Shown in pieces: positions 25,243 through 35,008 of a stretch of 62,880 nt of DNA. Each line of letters begins with the position of its first letter. Position 1 is the stretch's first letter. Made by a program: the position numbers and the translations under genes. The notes beneath the pieces are model-generated. The model saw only the letters and a program-made list of their open reading frames with translations, did no database searches and was not told where the DNA came from. Source of the DNA: a virus (lineage: Duplodnaviria; Caudoviricetes); IMG/VR virus record IMGVR_UViG_3300045838_000044, positions 1-62,880 of that record; one strand, written 5' to 3'.

Positions 25243-28175
25243 CCACCGCACTCGCGACGCTTCTCTTGCCCATGACCGCCGACCAGGTGGGCGCGCGCAT
25301 CCGCGCGAACCTCGTGGCCTCGGGCTTCCCCGTCAGCGACTGGGCGCCTACCAGCCAGGGCGGGCTCGAGAACGGCCTCGTCGACATGGTGGCCGGGACG
25401 CTGGTGGACCGGGCGGCGCAGAAGGTCACCGATGGCATCGCGAGCGGCTTCCTGGACTTCGCCGCGGGCGACTGGCTCACGTTCTGGGCGAAACAGTTCT
25501 ATGGCCTCGACCGCAATCCGGCGACGTCGACGGTGCAGTCGGTGACGGTCACCTGCTCGGCGGACGCTGGTCCCTATAACGAGGCGGCCGGCGATCTGAT
25601 CGTCGCCTCCAGCGCCACCGGGAACCGCTACGTCAGCATCGAGGCGGCGGCGATCCCGTCCGGCGGATCGGTCCAGGTGCAGTTCCAGGCGGAGGCGCCC
25701 GGCTCGGGCTACGCCGACCCGCCGCTCACGATCGACACGCTCGTCACCGCCTTGCCGGGGGTGACGGTCAGCAACGCCCGGATCCTCACGCCGGATCCGG
25801 CGGCCATCGTCATCGGCGGCGGCTCTCAGGGGGCAATCCATCCGATGGAGACCTTCGAGGGGATTCCGCCGACCTCCGACCGATACCGCCTGCAGATCAT
25901 CGCCAGCGGACAATCGGCGGCCGCCCCGCTGGCTCGATTCCAGGTGAGCACGGACGACGGTCTGACCTGGGTGGGGCCCTTCTCGGCCGGAGCGCTTGTG
26001 GGGCTACCCGGCGGCTGCACGGCCGCCTTCGTCGACTCGCTCACCGCGAACCCGAGCTTCATCGCGGGCGACGTCTTCTTCTGGGCGAACACGGCGATCA
26101 TCAAGCAAGGCTCCGACGCCGAGACGGACGCGCGCCTCATCGAGCGCTGCCGGGCCCGCTGGCTGACCCTCTCCGACGTCCCCGGCGTAGGGACGGTCGA
26201 GCTCTGGGCGAAGATCGCCGCACCGGAGGTGGTGCGGGTGCGGGCCGTCTCCGATCCGAACAGCGCCAACCGCCTTCTGGTCTACGTCGGGAGCGCTTCG
26301 GGGCGGGCGGCGCCGGACACGGTGGTGCACGTCCAGCAATACGTCACGCCTCGCCTCGATGTCGGCGAGATCGCCAACGTCCTCAGCGTGAAGACGCGGG
26401 CCATCGTCCCCACCGGGACGGTCACCGCCTCGCGGCTCACCATCGGGAAGATCCAGGCCGCGGCGAATGCGGCATGGCTCGCCTACCTCGATGGCCTACG
26501 GAGCGGGGCGACCGTGCGCCTCGCGGTGTTGAAGCAGATCCTGAAGGACGCCGGAGCACAGGACTACAGCTCCCTCGCTCTCACCGGCGGTTCGCCCAAC
26601 ATCGTCCTCGGCATCGACGAGGTGCCGGTGATGGCCGACGGCACCAGCCTCACCACCGCGCTCGGCTGGGTCCCCGTCGACGACGCGAGCCCGGTCGATG
26701 TGCCCTCGGCGCCGGCCGCCGCACTGACCGCCACAACGACGGATCTCACGCCCTCTGGGGTCTTCGGGCCGCCCACGAACAACGACATCAAGCAGACCCT
26801 CATCGACAAGGCGAAGGCCATTCCCGGCTTTCCGATCACCGACTGGGCCTCGGGCGGCGTGATGCGGACCTTCGTCGAGCTGGAGACGCTCGGGGACGCG
26901 GATCTCATGCAGCAGGCCCTCCCGGCGATGCTCGGCTCGGCGGCGCTGGACTTCGCGGGCGACGATTTCGCGATCCTGGCCGCCCAGCAGCTCTATTCGC
27001 TTGATCGCGAGTTGGCCGTCACCGCGGTCCAGAACCTTACCCTCACCTGCGACGGCAGCCACGGCCCCTACACCATCACCGCCGGAACGCTGTGGTTTGC
27101 GGGCCCGACGGGCAACCGCTGGGTGAACACCACCGGCGGGACCCTCAACACCAGCGGGACGCTGGCCATCCAGATCCAGGCCGAGCAGCCCGGGGCCCGC
27201 TACAACGACCCGGCCGGCACCATCAAGACGCTCCTCACGCCGCTCCTCGGGGTCACCGCCGTCAATCTGGCCGGGGACTTCACCGCGGTCACGGCGGGAC
27301 TCCAGAGCACCGGCACCATCACCCCGAGTCGCACCTCGGGCGGGGTCACGCCCACGCCGGCCCGGTTCCTCGTCCGCATCGATGCGAGCGGGCAGGTGGG
27401 GGCCGGGGCGTGGTCGAGCTCGGCGGACGGCGGGAACACCTGGGCCGCCAACGGCGCGATCGGCGTCTTCGATCTGCCGCTCGCCGACGGGACCGCCAGC
27501 GGCACCCGGGTGACGTTCGCCAACGGCGCCGGCACGCCGAGCTTCGTGGCGGGGGACCAGTTCTCCTTTGCCACTCCGGGAACGTCGTTCGTAACCGTCG
27601 GGCAGGACGACGAGCTCATCCCCGCGCTCATCGCCCGCTGCAAGGCGCGCTGGCCCGATCTGACCACCGTCCCCCCCGAGAGCCGGTTCGTGAAGTGGGC
27701 AAAGGCGGCGAGCGCGGAGGTCACCCGCGTCCGGCTCGAGGAGGACGCGACGTACCCGGGGCGGCTCTACCTCACGCTGGCCGGGGCGGCCGGCGCCGTC
27801 TCGGGCGGCGCGGTGACGGCGGTGCAGGCGTATATCGATCCGCGGGGGCCCATCGGCCGCATTCTCGTGGCCCGCAACTCGACCTCCCGGCAGATCACGG
27901 CAGCGGGGACGGTAACGGTGGCGGCCGCGAAGCTGGCCGCAGCGCAGGCGGCAGCGCAGCTCGCATGGCAGGCGGTGCTGGTGGCCTCCGACATCGGGCA
28001 GGTGGTGCGGCTCGCGGATCTAGTGCGGGTGGTGATGGACGCGGGGGCGCTGGACTTCACCGGGGAGCAGCTCAACGGCTCCGCCGCCAATGTCACGCTC
28101 GCCTCAACCGAGGTCGCGGTCCTGAACACGACGACGCCGCTCCTCGCGGACCAGCTCACCTGGCAGGCGGTCTGA
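25239..28175 (+). CDS. Baseplate J-like protein made of two tandem copies
   Basis: Two homologous halves: GFPVSDW/GFPITDW, QAEAPGSGY/QAEQPGARY, GSDAETDARLIERCRARW/GQDDELIPALIARCKARW. Confidence 0.85.
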   Translation: MTTALATLLLPMTADQVGARIRANLVASGFPVSDWAPTSQGGLENGLVDMVAGTLVDRAAQKVTDGIASGFLDFAAGDWLTFWAKQFYGLDRNPATSTVQSVTVTCSADAGPYNEAAGDLIVASSATGNRYVSIEAAAIPSGGSVQVQFQAEAPGSGYADPPLTIDTLVTALPGVTVSNARILTPDPAAIVIGGGSQGAIHPMETFEGIPPTSDRYRLQIIASGQSAAAPLARFQVSTDDGLTWVGPFSAGALVGLPGGCTAAFVDSLTANPSFIAGDVFFWANTAIIKQGSDAETDARLIERCRARWLTLSDVPGVGTVELWAKIAAPEVVRVRAVSDPNSANRLLVYVGSASGRAAPDTVVHVQQYVTPRLDVGEIANVLSVKTRAIVPTGTVTASRLTIGKIQAAANAAWLAYLDGLRSGATVRLAVLKQILKDAGAQDYSSLALTGGSPNIVLGIDEVPVMADGTSLTTALGWVPVDDASPVDVPSAPAAALTATTTDLTPSGVFGPPTNNDIKQTLIDKAKAIPGFPITDWASGGVMRTFVELETLGDADLMQQALPAMLGSAALDFAGDDFAILAAQQLYSLDRELAVTAVQNLTLTCDGSHGPYTITAGTLWFAGPTGNRWVNTTGGTLNTSGTLAIQIQAEQPGARYNDPAGTIKTLLTPLLGVTAVNLAGDFTAVTAGLQSTGTITPSRTSGGVTPTPARFLVRIDASGQVGAGAWSSSADGGNTWAANGAIGVFDLPLADGTASGTRVTFANGAGTPSFVAGDQFSFATPGTSFVTVGQDDELIPALIARCKARWPDLTTVPPESRFVKWAKAASAEVTRVRLEEDATYPGRLYLTLAGAAGAVSGGAVTAVQAYIDPRGPIGRILVARNSTSRQITAAGTVTVAAAKLAAAQAAAQLAWQAVLVASDIGQVVRLADLVRVVMDAGALDFTGEQLNGSAANVTLASTEVAVLNTTTPLLADQLTWQAV

Positions 28176-28921
28176 TGGCATATATCGATTGGCAGACGCT
28201 GACGGCGCCCGCGTGGCTCCAGGGCCCGAACGGCACGGGCTACGTGAAAGCCTTCGCCTCGGCCAAGGACGATCTCCTCGACCGGGCCCGGCTCGGGGTC
28301 CTTGCCCGCTTCCCCGGGGTCATCCTGCGGGAGGTGGGCCAGCCCCCCTCGGAGGCGCCGACCGACGCCCTCGACCACACCGGGGCCGACCGCATCCTCC
28401 CCCGCGCCCCCAGCGAGAACGACGGCCTCTACGCCGAGCGCCTGCTCTCGGCCTGGGACGACGGCGCCCTCCTCGGCGGCCCCCTGGAGCTGCTCGAGGC
28501 GCTCTCCACGATGGGCTACGCAGGCGCGAACATCATCCAAGACAACGGCCGTTACTGGTACCTGTCCGGCACGGCGCTGACCGCCGGCACGCTGATGACG
28601 ATGTCCACCCGCGGGCGGCCGGGGTGGATGTTCGATGGGATCCACGACGTCGACGGGGCCCTCTGGAACCGCTTCGCGCTGCTCTTCACCGCGGACGCTG
28701 CCAATCTGAGCGGCACGGCGGGGCAAGCCATCCTCAACGGCATCGTGAGCCGTTGGCGGCCGGCGATCTCCACCTTCATGGGCAGCTACGTGCTTCTCGC
28801 GGGGAACCTCTGGGGCTGGCCGACGACGCAGACCTGGGGAGCCGTGGGCGCCACCTGGGGCGGCGGCTCAGTACGGTTCATTCCACCGGACGGCAGCCCG
28901 GCCGTCGTGACCGGCCCATAG
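28175..28921 (+). CDS. Baseplate wedge protein (gpI-like)
   Basis: APTDALDHTGADRILPRAPSE....YAERL; follows baseplate J. Confidence 0.75.
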   Translation: MAYIDWQTLTAPAWLQGPNGTGYVKAFASAKDDLLDRARLGVLARFPGVILREVGQPPSEAPTDALDHTGADRILPRAPSENDGLYAERLLSAWDDGALLGGPLELLEALSTMGYAGANIIQDNGRYWYLSGTALTAGTLMTMSTRGRPGWMFDGIHDVDGALWNRFALLFTADAANLSGTAGQAILNGIVSRWRPAISTFMGSYVLLAGNLWGWPTTQTWGAVGATWGGGSVRFIPPDGSPAVVTGP

Positions 28922-28928
28922 GAGCGCG

Positions 28929-30104
28929 ATGTCCACGAACTACACCGGGAACAAGACGGCGACCCAGTCCCCCTCGCCGACCCCCAACCCAGCGATCACC
29001 CCGATCGTCACCCTCCCGGCAGACGGCGATCCCCTCAACGCCGCTAGCGTGGCCCAGGCGCTCAAGGCGCTCGCGGATCTGGCGGACTGGCTGACGAAGC
29101 CTCAAGCCAAGAGCACCGACTACGCGGCGGCGATCGTGCGCTTCCGCAACGCCCTCGGGCAGACCCGGGGACTATTCGATCACCTCGGACTGCCGGGCGG
29201 GCGGGTGATCCAGTGGGACGAGTGCTGGGACGCGAACGCCAGCATCTCCGTGTCCGGGACCATGGCATCAGTTCCGCTGATCGGCACCGTCCCGCTGGCA
29301 TACAGCGCGACGATCGGGACGTACTTGACCAACGCCGCCAACGCCCTCACCAGTGGCGGCAATCCCTCGAACACGCTCGCGGCCACGCAGGGGTGGCTGG
29401 TGATCGCAGGGAACTACCTGGCGACAGCCTCTGGAGCCATCGCTGCCGGAGCTCTCGGTAGTCGCTGGTTCACGAAGGGACTGCAGACGAGCGGGATCGG
29501 TTATGCGCTGACGGAGACCTTCGGGAGCTTCCGCCTGCGTGGCCTCTCGGTGGAATGCGGGGACACGGCGGGCGACAACACCATCGTTTGGCGGTATGCC
29601 CCCTGCGCCTTCAGCGATGATCTCTCGTTCGCCGTCGAGTGGGAGCTTTACGTTCCCGCCGCGAACATCCCGCATCGCAACATCTTCGTGGGGCTGGCAG
29701 ACGTCGAGAAGATCCCGGGGGCCGGCGGCACCGCCACGAACTACGCCGTCTTCCAGCTCGGGCCGAGCGGCAACTGGTTCTGCGACTGCGGCGGCTCTGG
29801 CGGCCAGAGCAGCGTCGACAGCCTGACCGTGGCCACCGTGGCGTCCTTCACCCGCTTCCGGGTGGAGTTCCAGGGTGCGAACGTCGCCGACAACACCACG
29901 CGGGCGCTCCGCTACTACATCAACGGGACGCTGGTCGCGACCATCACCGGCGCCAACCTCCCCGACGCCACCGGCCCCGCCGCCTTCCATGCCTCCGTCG
30001 TGAACACCGGCGGGGGTTCGTCGACGTTCTCGTCGCCTCCCGGGCCCATGATGCTCGGGCCGGCGCGGTTCCGCAGCAGCATCTACCCGGCTGACGTCAC
30101 GTAG
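28929..30104 (+). CDS. Tail fibre / receptor-binding protein
   Basis: LPADGDPLNAASV...LKALAD attachment-type N-terminus; lectin-like C-terminus YYINGTLVATIT. Confidence 0.7.
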   Translation: MSTNYTGNKTATQSPSPTPNPAITPIVTLPADGDPLNAASVAQALKALADLADWLTKPQAKSTDYAAAIVRFRNALGQTRGLFDHLGLPGGRVIQWDECWDANASISVSGTMASVPLIGTVPLAYSATIGTYLTNAANALTSGGNPSNTLAATQGWLVIAGNYLATASGAIAAGALGSRWFTKGLQTSGIGYALTETFGSFRLRGLSVECGDTAGDNTIVWRYAPCAFSDDLSFAVEWELYVPAANIPHRNIFVGLADVEKIPGAGGTATNYAVFQLGPSGNWFCDCGGSGGQSSVDSLTVATVASFTRFRVEFQGANVADNTTRALRYYINGTLVATITGANLPDATGPAAFHASVVNTGGGSSTFSSPPGPMMLGPARFRSSIYPADVT

Positions 30105-30153
30105 CAGCCCACAAGGTTGAGGGGCGGCCGGAGGGCCCTCATGCTGACCGGGC

Positions 30154-30588
30154 ATGAGGATGACCAAGGTTCGCGAGGTCGCTGTCAGCGGGTTCTCCGC
30201 TGATCCGAACCCGAACGTCACCGCGCCGGCCGCGGCCAACCTCTTCAGTGTCGACAACGCGCCGACCGATCAGGAGATGGACGAGCGGGTCGAGGGGGTG
30301 CGGTGGTGCATCCGTTTCGTCGATAACTCCAACGTGGAGGTGCCGACCGCCTCGGCGGACTTCCAGCTCTGGGAGAAGGACGACGGAGCCAGCGACACCG
30401 TCGGCAACGGCGGGCTCGGCCGAGACGCATACATCTCGCTCGCGAAGGAAACGGCGGCTCCATCGTCGCAGTCCTACGCCTGCACGTGGAAGGGAAAACT
30501 GTTCGTGCAGTTGATCCAGCTCAACACGACGGGCTCGGCGACGAAGGCGCAGGTCTGGATGGGAACCTCCACGTCGGTGCCCGGGTAG
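30154..30588 (+). CDS. Hypothetical virion protein
   Basis: Good codon bias, within the tail region. Confidence 0.6.
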   Translation: MRMTKVREVAVSGFSADPNPNVTAPAAANLFSVDNAPTDQEMDERVEGVRWCIRFVDNSNVEVPTASADFQLWEKDDGASDTVGNGGLGRDAYISLAKETAAPSSQSYACTWKGKLFVQLIQLNTTGSATKAQVWMGTSTSVPG

Positions 30589-30591
30589 CCG

Positions 30592-31722
30592 ATGGCAGCT
30601 GAAGGCGCAGGCGGGGGCGAGCAGGCCGGGGGCGGGGGCATCTCCACCTCGCGGAAGGTGAACACCACCGCGCCCTTGACGGGCGGGGGCGCGCTCTCCT
30701 CAGATCTCACGCTGGCCATTCCTGCGGCGACCGATTCGGTGGCGGGATATCTGACTGCTGCGGACCATGCCACCCTCACGACGGCCGCAGCGCAGGCGGC
30801 GGCCGCGGTCCCGAATACCCGTAGTGTCGGGACGACTGCGCCCTTGACTGGTGGCGGTGCGCTCTCGGGCAACCTGACCCTGGCTATCCCCGCGGCGACT
30901 GATTCCGTCGATGGCTATCTCAGCCACACGGATCACGCGAGCTATACGACCGCGGTAGCTCAAGCTGCGGCGGCGGTGCCCAATACCCGCTCTGTCGGCA
31001 CCACCGCGCCTCTGACCGGAGGAGGAGCCCTTTCGGGGAACTTGACTCTCGCCATTCCTGCTGCCACCGATTCGGTCGACGGGTATTTGGCGCATGCCGA
31101 TCATGTGAAGATCACCAATGCCGTCCAGACGGCCCGGCAGATCCTCACGTCGGCGCCGCTCTCTGGCGGCGGGGATCTCAGCGCCGACCGGACGCTAGCG
31201 CTGCTGCTTGGCCCCGCGTTCGCGGTGGTGGGCGGCGTCTTGGCCCCCAACGCGCAGGTGATCGTGCAGCAGTCCGCCGCCAACTCGGTCACCTTCAATG
31301 GGCTGGCGGGCGATACCGATGGCGGCTACGACCTCGACTGCTACATCGTGCAGCCGGGCGCCACAAACCCCGTGTACACCATCCAGCCCAACGGCATCAC
31401 CGCCAACCAGGGTGGCCAGCGCACGACCGTCGATACCGCCCTCACCGCCACACAGCGGTCCGATCTCTGCTTGACCTTCGTGTCCACGACGGCCACCTCC
31501 GTGCGGGCTCGCACCAGCTTTAACAGCAAAAGCGGGGTGGTGCGCAAGTTCATTGGGTTCGCCGCCTGGAAGGCTAGCAACGAAAATTTCGAGTCCAATT
31601 TCAGCGAGTGGACGGATACCGCCACGGTCATCACCTCTCTCAAGATCAACTGCTCAGTCGCCCTCGGCATCGGCGCCGGCAGCGTGTTCGTCCTGACCCC
31701 GCTCGGTAGGAGCAACTGGTGA
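30592..31722 (+). CDS. Fibre-like protein with three 56-aa tandem repeats
   Basis: TTAPLTGGGALS.NLTLAIPAATDSV.GYL repeated with a 168-bp period. Confidence 0.8.
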   Translation: MAAEGAGGGEQAGGGGISTSRKVNTTAPLTGGGALSSDLTLAIPAATDSVAGYLTAADHATLTTAAAQAAAAVPNTRSVGTTAPLTGGGALSGNLTLAIPAATDSVDGYLSHTDHASYTTAVAQAAAAVPNTRSVGTTAPLTGGGALSGNLTLAIPAATDSVDGYLAHADHVKITNAVQTARQILTSAPLSGGGDLSADRTLALLLGPAFAVVGGVLAPNAQVIVQQSAANSVTFNGLAGDTDGGYDLDCYIVQPGATNPVYTIQPNGITANQGGQRTTVDTALTATQRSDLCLTFVSTTATSVRARTSFNSKSGVVRKFIGFAAWKASNENFESNFSEWTDTATVITSLKINCSVALGIGAGSVFVLTPLGRSNW

Positions 31723-32081
31723 GTCTCGTCTTCACGAAGATCGCGGACCTCGCCGACAATCAACTTGCCGGCCGCCTCACCCCGAAGCCGGGAACGGGTT
31801 GCTCCATGTCCGACGGGGACGGCGGCATTTGGCACGGCTATCAGAAGGGCGACGGCTCGCTCGTTCCAGTTTGGGAAGTTGTTGCCGGCGCCACATCTCA
31901 AGCGGCTCAGACAGCAGCGCAGGCCGCCGTCGCCTCCGCCGTCACCACCGAAAATAATCGCGCCACCACCGTGCAAAACGCCCTCGCCCTCCTCGACGCT
32001 GGAACCGCCACCATGGCTCAGGTGCAAACCATCCTCGCCACCATCATCCGCTACGTGGGCAGCCAGAGGGCCAAGCTCTGA
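31719..32081 (+). CDS. Hypothetical protein (possible fibre chaperone)
   Basis: GTGA overlap with the fibre gene. Confidence 0.6.
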   Translation: MSLVFTKIADLADNQLAGRLTPKPGTGCSMSDGDGGIWHGYQKGDGSLVPVWEVVAGATSQAAQTAAQAAVASAVTTENNRATTVQNALALLDAGTATMAQVQTILATIIRYVGSQRAKL

Positions 32082-32130
32082 TCTGCCCACCAACCGGAAT
32101 GGTCCCGGTGCGCCCGTGTAGGCTCGATCC

Positions 32131-32718
32131 GTGGCCAAGGACGACGAGGCGCCCCCGCGGTTCAAGGGTGAGACGCTCGAGCAGTACGCCCGCCGGATGA
32201 CCGGCGCCGTCGAGGCCGGCGCCCACCGCACCGAATCTGGTCTGCGCCCCCTCGACAGCCAGGGCGACCGCCGCGCCATCCGCAACGCCAAGCTCCTGGC
32301 CGCGGTGATCGGTATCGTGGCCCCCGTGGTGACCACCCAGATCGTCACCTACCGCACGGCCACGGCCGAGGCGCAGCAGCGGAGCCAGGAGGTCAAGGAC
32401 AAGGCCGAGGCCGGCTACCAGGTCACCCGGCCCGCCATCGAGGCGCTCGAGCGCCGGGTGCAGCAGCTCGAGGAGGCCCTCCGGCGCGAGCAGGCGGCCA
32501 CGGCGGCCGCCAAGGCCGCGGCCAAAGCCAGCCCGCACCCCAAGCACCTATTGCCGGCGCCGCCCCCGCCGCCCCTGCACATCGTGCCCGCCAAGGCGCC
32601 GCCGGTGCTGCCAGGGGATCTCGATCAGGCGCAGCGGCAGATCTACAAGACCATGCCTGCGCAGAGCGCCCACACCGGCGCCGACGGCACCGCGGGAGAG
32701 CCCACCCAGAGGCCCTGA
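32131..32718 (+). CDS. Membrane-anchored coiled-coil protein
   Basis: One TM helix (LLAAVIGIVAPVV), coiled coil, Pro-rich tail. Confidence 0.65.
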   Translation: MAKDDEAPPRFKGETLEQYARRMTGAVEAGAHRTESGLRPLDSQGDRRAIRNAKLLAAVIGIVAPVVTTQIVTYRTATAEAQQRSQEVKDKAEAGYQVTRPAIEALERRVQQLEEALRREQAATAAAKAAAKASPHPKHLLPAPPPPPLHIVPAKAPPVLPGDLDQAQRQIYKTMPAQSAHTGADGTAGEPTQRP

Positions 32719-32814
32719 GCGGCCACCGGCGTCGACCTATCTTTGTGGGGGTCGGGGGTGCGTGATGGCCAGCAAAGTGCAAGAGGACCGGACCGGCGCA
32801 ACGCCGGAGGAACC

Positions 32815-33078
32815 ATGTCAGAGCGCGATGACCGCAACGGAGACGACGACACCCCCGCTCAGGGAACCCGGATCTGGTTCTCCGCGGAGGCGCTCAATCT
32901 CCTCGACCTTGCGCTCGCCTACCAGTCGGTTGCGGTCAATCTCCGAGAGGCTGCGCGCAGCCTCGACAGCACTAAGGGACCAGCTCGCGAGAGTCTCCGG
33001 GCTCAGCTCGAGCAGCGACTCGCTGAAATCGGCCGTCTCAGCCTTGAAGCATCCGCCGCCCTGAAAGAGGGACTGTGA
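32815..33078 (+). CDS. Hypothetical protein
   Basis: GGAGG RBS; overlaps the RuvC start. Confidence 0.55.
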   Translation: MSERDDRNGDDDTPAQGTRIWFSAEALNLLDLALAYQSVAVNLREAARSLDSTKGPARESLRAQLEQRLAEIGRLSLEASAALKEGL

Positions 33079-33569
33079 GCGTCGTCCTCGGGATCGACTC
33101 CGCCTTCCACAAGGCCGGCTGGGCGCTGGTCGAGCGGAGCGGTCCCGGGGAGGTGCTCATCGGGCACGGCGTGCTCCGGGCCGTCGACTGGGAGGTGGTA
33201 AGCGAGTTCTCGGGGCGCATGGCCCACGGCCAGCCGATCGCCATCGATGTCGTGGTCATCGAGGACGCCTACCTCGACAAGAACGTCGACACCGTTAAGG
33301 CCCTCTCGCGGCTCGTGGGCCGCTGGCAGCAGGCCTTCGAGGCGCTGGGGGTGACCACCCGGCTCGTGATGGCCGACGTCTGGCAGCGGGCGATCCTGAC
33401 CGGCCTCATCACCGGCGCCGCCAACCGCCAGGCGCGGAAGAAAGCCGCGCAGATCTGGGCCAAGGCCACCTACCACAAGGCGCTCAGCGAGGACGAGGCG
33501 GACGCGGCCGCGCTCGCCACCTTCGAGATGCGCCAGCGGCGGTTCAACCGCCGGGCCGGGCTGATCTAG
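33075..33569 (+). CDS. ruvC: RuvC-like Holliday junction resolvase
   Basis: VLGID, VVIED and DEADA acidic motifs. Confidence 0.85.
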   Translation: MSVVLGIDSAFHKAGWALVERSGPGEVLIGHGVLRAVDWEVVSEFSGRMAHGQPIAIDVVVIEDAYLDKNVDTVKALSRLVGRWQQAFEALGVTTRLVMADVWQRAILTGLITGAANRQARKKAAQIWAKATYHKALSEDEADAAALATFEMRQRRFNRRAGLI

Positions 33570-34120
33570 GCGGGGTCGGGGAGCGCCGGCCGGCGGAGGT
33601 TGAGGAGCGCGTGCGGCGCGCCCGGCATGGTGAGGCTGTTGACGATGCGGGCCTCGAGCCCCCACTGCTCCACCTGCTCCTCGAGCCAGTCCCGCCAGAG
33701 ATCGTCGCCGGCGTCTGGCGGGAACGCCCCCGCCTCGAGCTGCTCCATCGGGATGGGATACTCGACGTGCGGCTTCTCGAACGAGAGGCAGCGCAGGCTG
33801 TGGTCCTCCGCCAGCTTACGGTACGCCTCCCACATCCCGGCCTCGGGCTCCTCCCAGGTCCAGGAGCCGTTGACCCAGAAGACTTCGTCGGTGGCCATCG
33901 CGTACTGGTGATAGGAGTCCCACGGCCGGGCCTTGGTGACGGGCTTGCCGCGGTCGCCGATCGTGCGTCCCTGCGAGAAGAGTTGCGCCTGGCGGAACGG
34001 GGTGCGCGCCCCCTCGAAGCGCTTCAGTGGCAGGCCCTCGCGGAGGATGTCGGCCTCCAGGCTGAGGAGACGGGCGCGGAAGACGGGGTGGAGATGCTCG
34101 TCGGCGATGTCGCGCGGCAT
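33566..34120 (-). CDS. Endolysin, M15 (L-Ala-D-Glu-type) peptidase
   Basis: EGARTPFRQAQLFSQGRT...VTKAR...SYHQYAMATD...EKPHVE. Confidence 0.88.
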   Translation of the reverse strand: MPRDIADEHLHPVFRARLLSLEADILREGLPLKRFEGARTPFRQAQLFSQGRTIGDRGKPVTKARPWDSYHQYAMATDEVFWVNGSWTWEEPEAGMWEAYRKLAEDHSLRCLSFEKPHVEYPIPMEQLEAGAFPPDAGDDLWRDWLEEQVEQWGLEARIVNSLTMPGAPHALLNLRRPALPDPA

Positions 34121-34169
34121 GGCGCCACCCAGCTTGGCCGAGCGGCGCGGAGGACCCATCTACGTGGGC

Positions 34170-34331
34170 ATGCTGATCTCGTGGGTTGTGCTGATCGTCG
34201 CTCTCGCTGGCCTGCTGCTGTGGCTGCTGTCGAGCAACCCGCGGGTCAGCGAGGTCGGCAAGGTGATGTTCTTCTGCGGGTTGCTGGTGACGTGCTTGGT
34301 GCTGGGAGGGAAGACGGTCAGGGTGGGCTAG
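34170..34331 (+). CDS. Small two-TM membrane protein (holin-like)
   Basis: 53 aa with two hydrophobic helices; divergent from the endolysin. Confidence 0.6.
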   Translation: MLISWVVLIVALAGLLLWLLSSNPRVSEVGKVMFFCGLLVTCLVLGGKTVRVG

Positions 34332-34560
34332 GTTCCGTTTCTTCGGGCGCATGCTCGGCAACGCATGCGACGATGGCCATCGCGCAGGGGTCGCAGATCC
34401 AGCGGTGTACGGTGGGCATCCGGGAAACCTGGAGGTCGACCTCTAATTCCCAGGACCACTCCCGGCCCTCCTGATGCGTCTCACCGGCGAAGCAGCCGCA
34501 GAGATGGCAGGTGATCCCGACGGGCGAGTAGAGCTTTCTCGCGAATCGGCGCGGCTTCAT
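34318..34560 (-). CDS. Zn-binding hypothetical protein
   Basis: CHLC...CDPC; coupled to the upstream minus-strand gene. Confidence 0.5.
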   Translation of the reverse strand: MKPRRFARKLYSPVGITCHLCGCFAGETHQEGREWSWELEVDLQVSRMPTVHRWICDPCAMAIVACVAEHAPEETEPSPP

Positions 34561-34784
34561 CGGCCGCCCTCGCGCTTCGCTGCTTGGATCTTCATGGTCA
34601 GGGCTGACATGGAGGTGCCGTTGCGGGAGGCCCACAGATTCGCTCCGGCGCAAAGGTCATCGCTGGAGTAACGGCCCAACCCGAATTGCTCCACTAGCCT
34701 AGCCACCGTGTCCCAGCTCGCTTCGGGCTCGCATGTAAAGAGGCCGGCGGCATAGGCGGCGACGTGCTCGGGCACGGAACTCAC
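34557..34784 (-). CDS. Hypothetical protein
   Basis: GTGA overlap with the RHH gene. Confidence 0.45.
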   Translation of the reverse strand: MSSVPEHVAAYAAGLFTCEPEASWDTVARLVEQFGLGRYSSDDLCAGANLWASRNGTSMSALTMKIQAAKREGGR

Positions 34785-35008
34785 CGGCCGCCTCCCTTCC
34801 CGCGCTTCTCCTCCTCCTCGACCCCCCTCATCACCTGAGCCAGCAGCCATGCGCTGGTGCTGACGGGGAAGCCCGCCCGCGCCGCTGCCGCCGCCGCCGC
34901 CTTCTCGATCCGTTCGCCGCCCTCCCGGTCGGTCCAGATCGTGAAATTCCGTTTGTCTTTCGGTGGCTGGGCGGCCCCTGCGGCGCGGCGCGGCTTTGGC
35001 ATGTCCAT
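34781..35008 (-). CDS. Ribbon-helix-helix repressor-like protein
   Basis: NFTIWT beta strand, ERIEKAA helix, STSAWL; divergent from the early operon. Confidence 0.65.
   Translation of the reverse strand: MDMPKPRRAAGAAQPPKDKRNFTIWTDREGGERIEKAAAAAAARAGFPVSTSAWLLAQVMRGVEEEEKRGKGGGR

Noticed and set aside
22393-32081. Diversity-generating retroelement or invertible fibre cassette
   Set aside because: No reverse transcriptase, invertase or TR/VR pair seen
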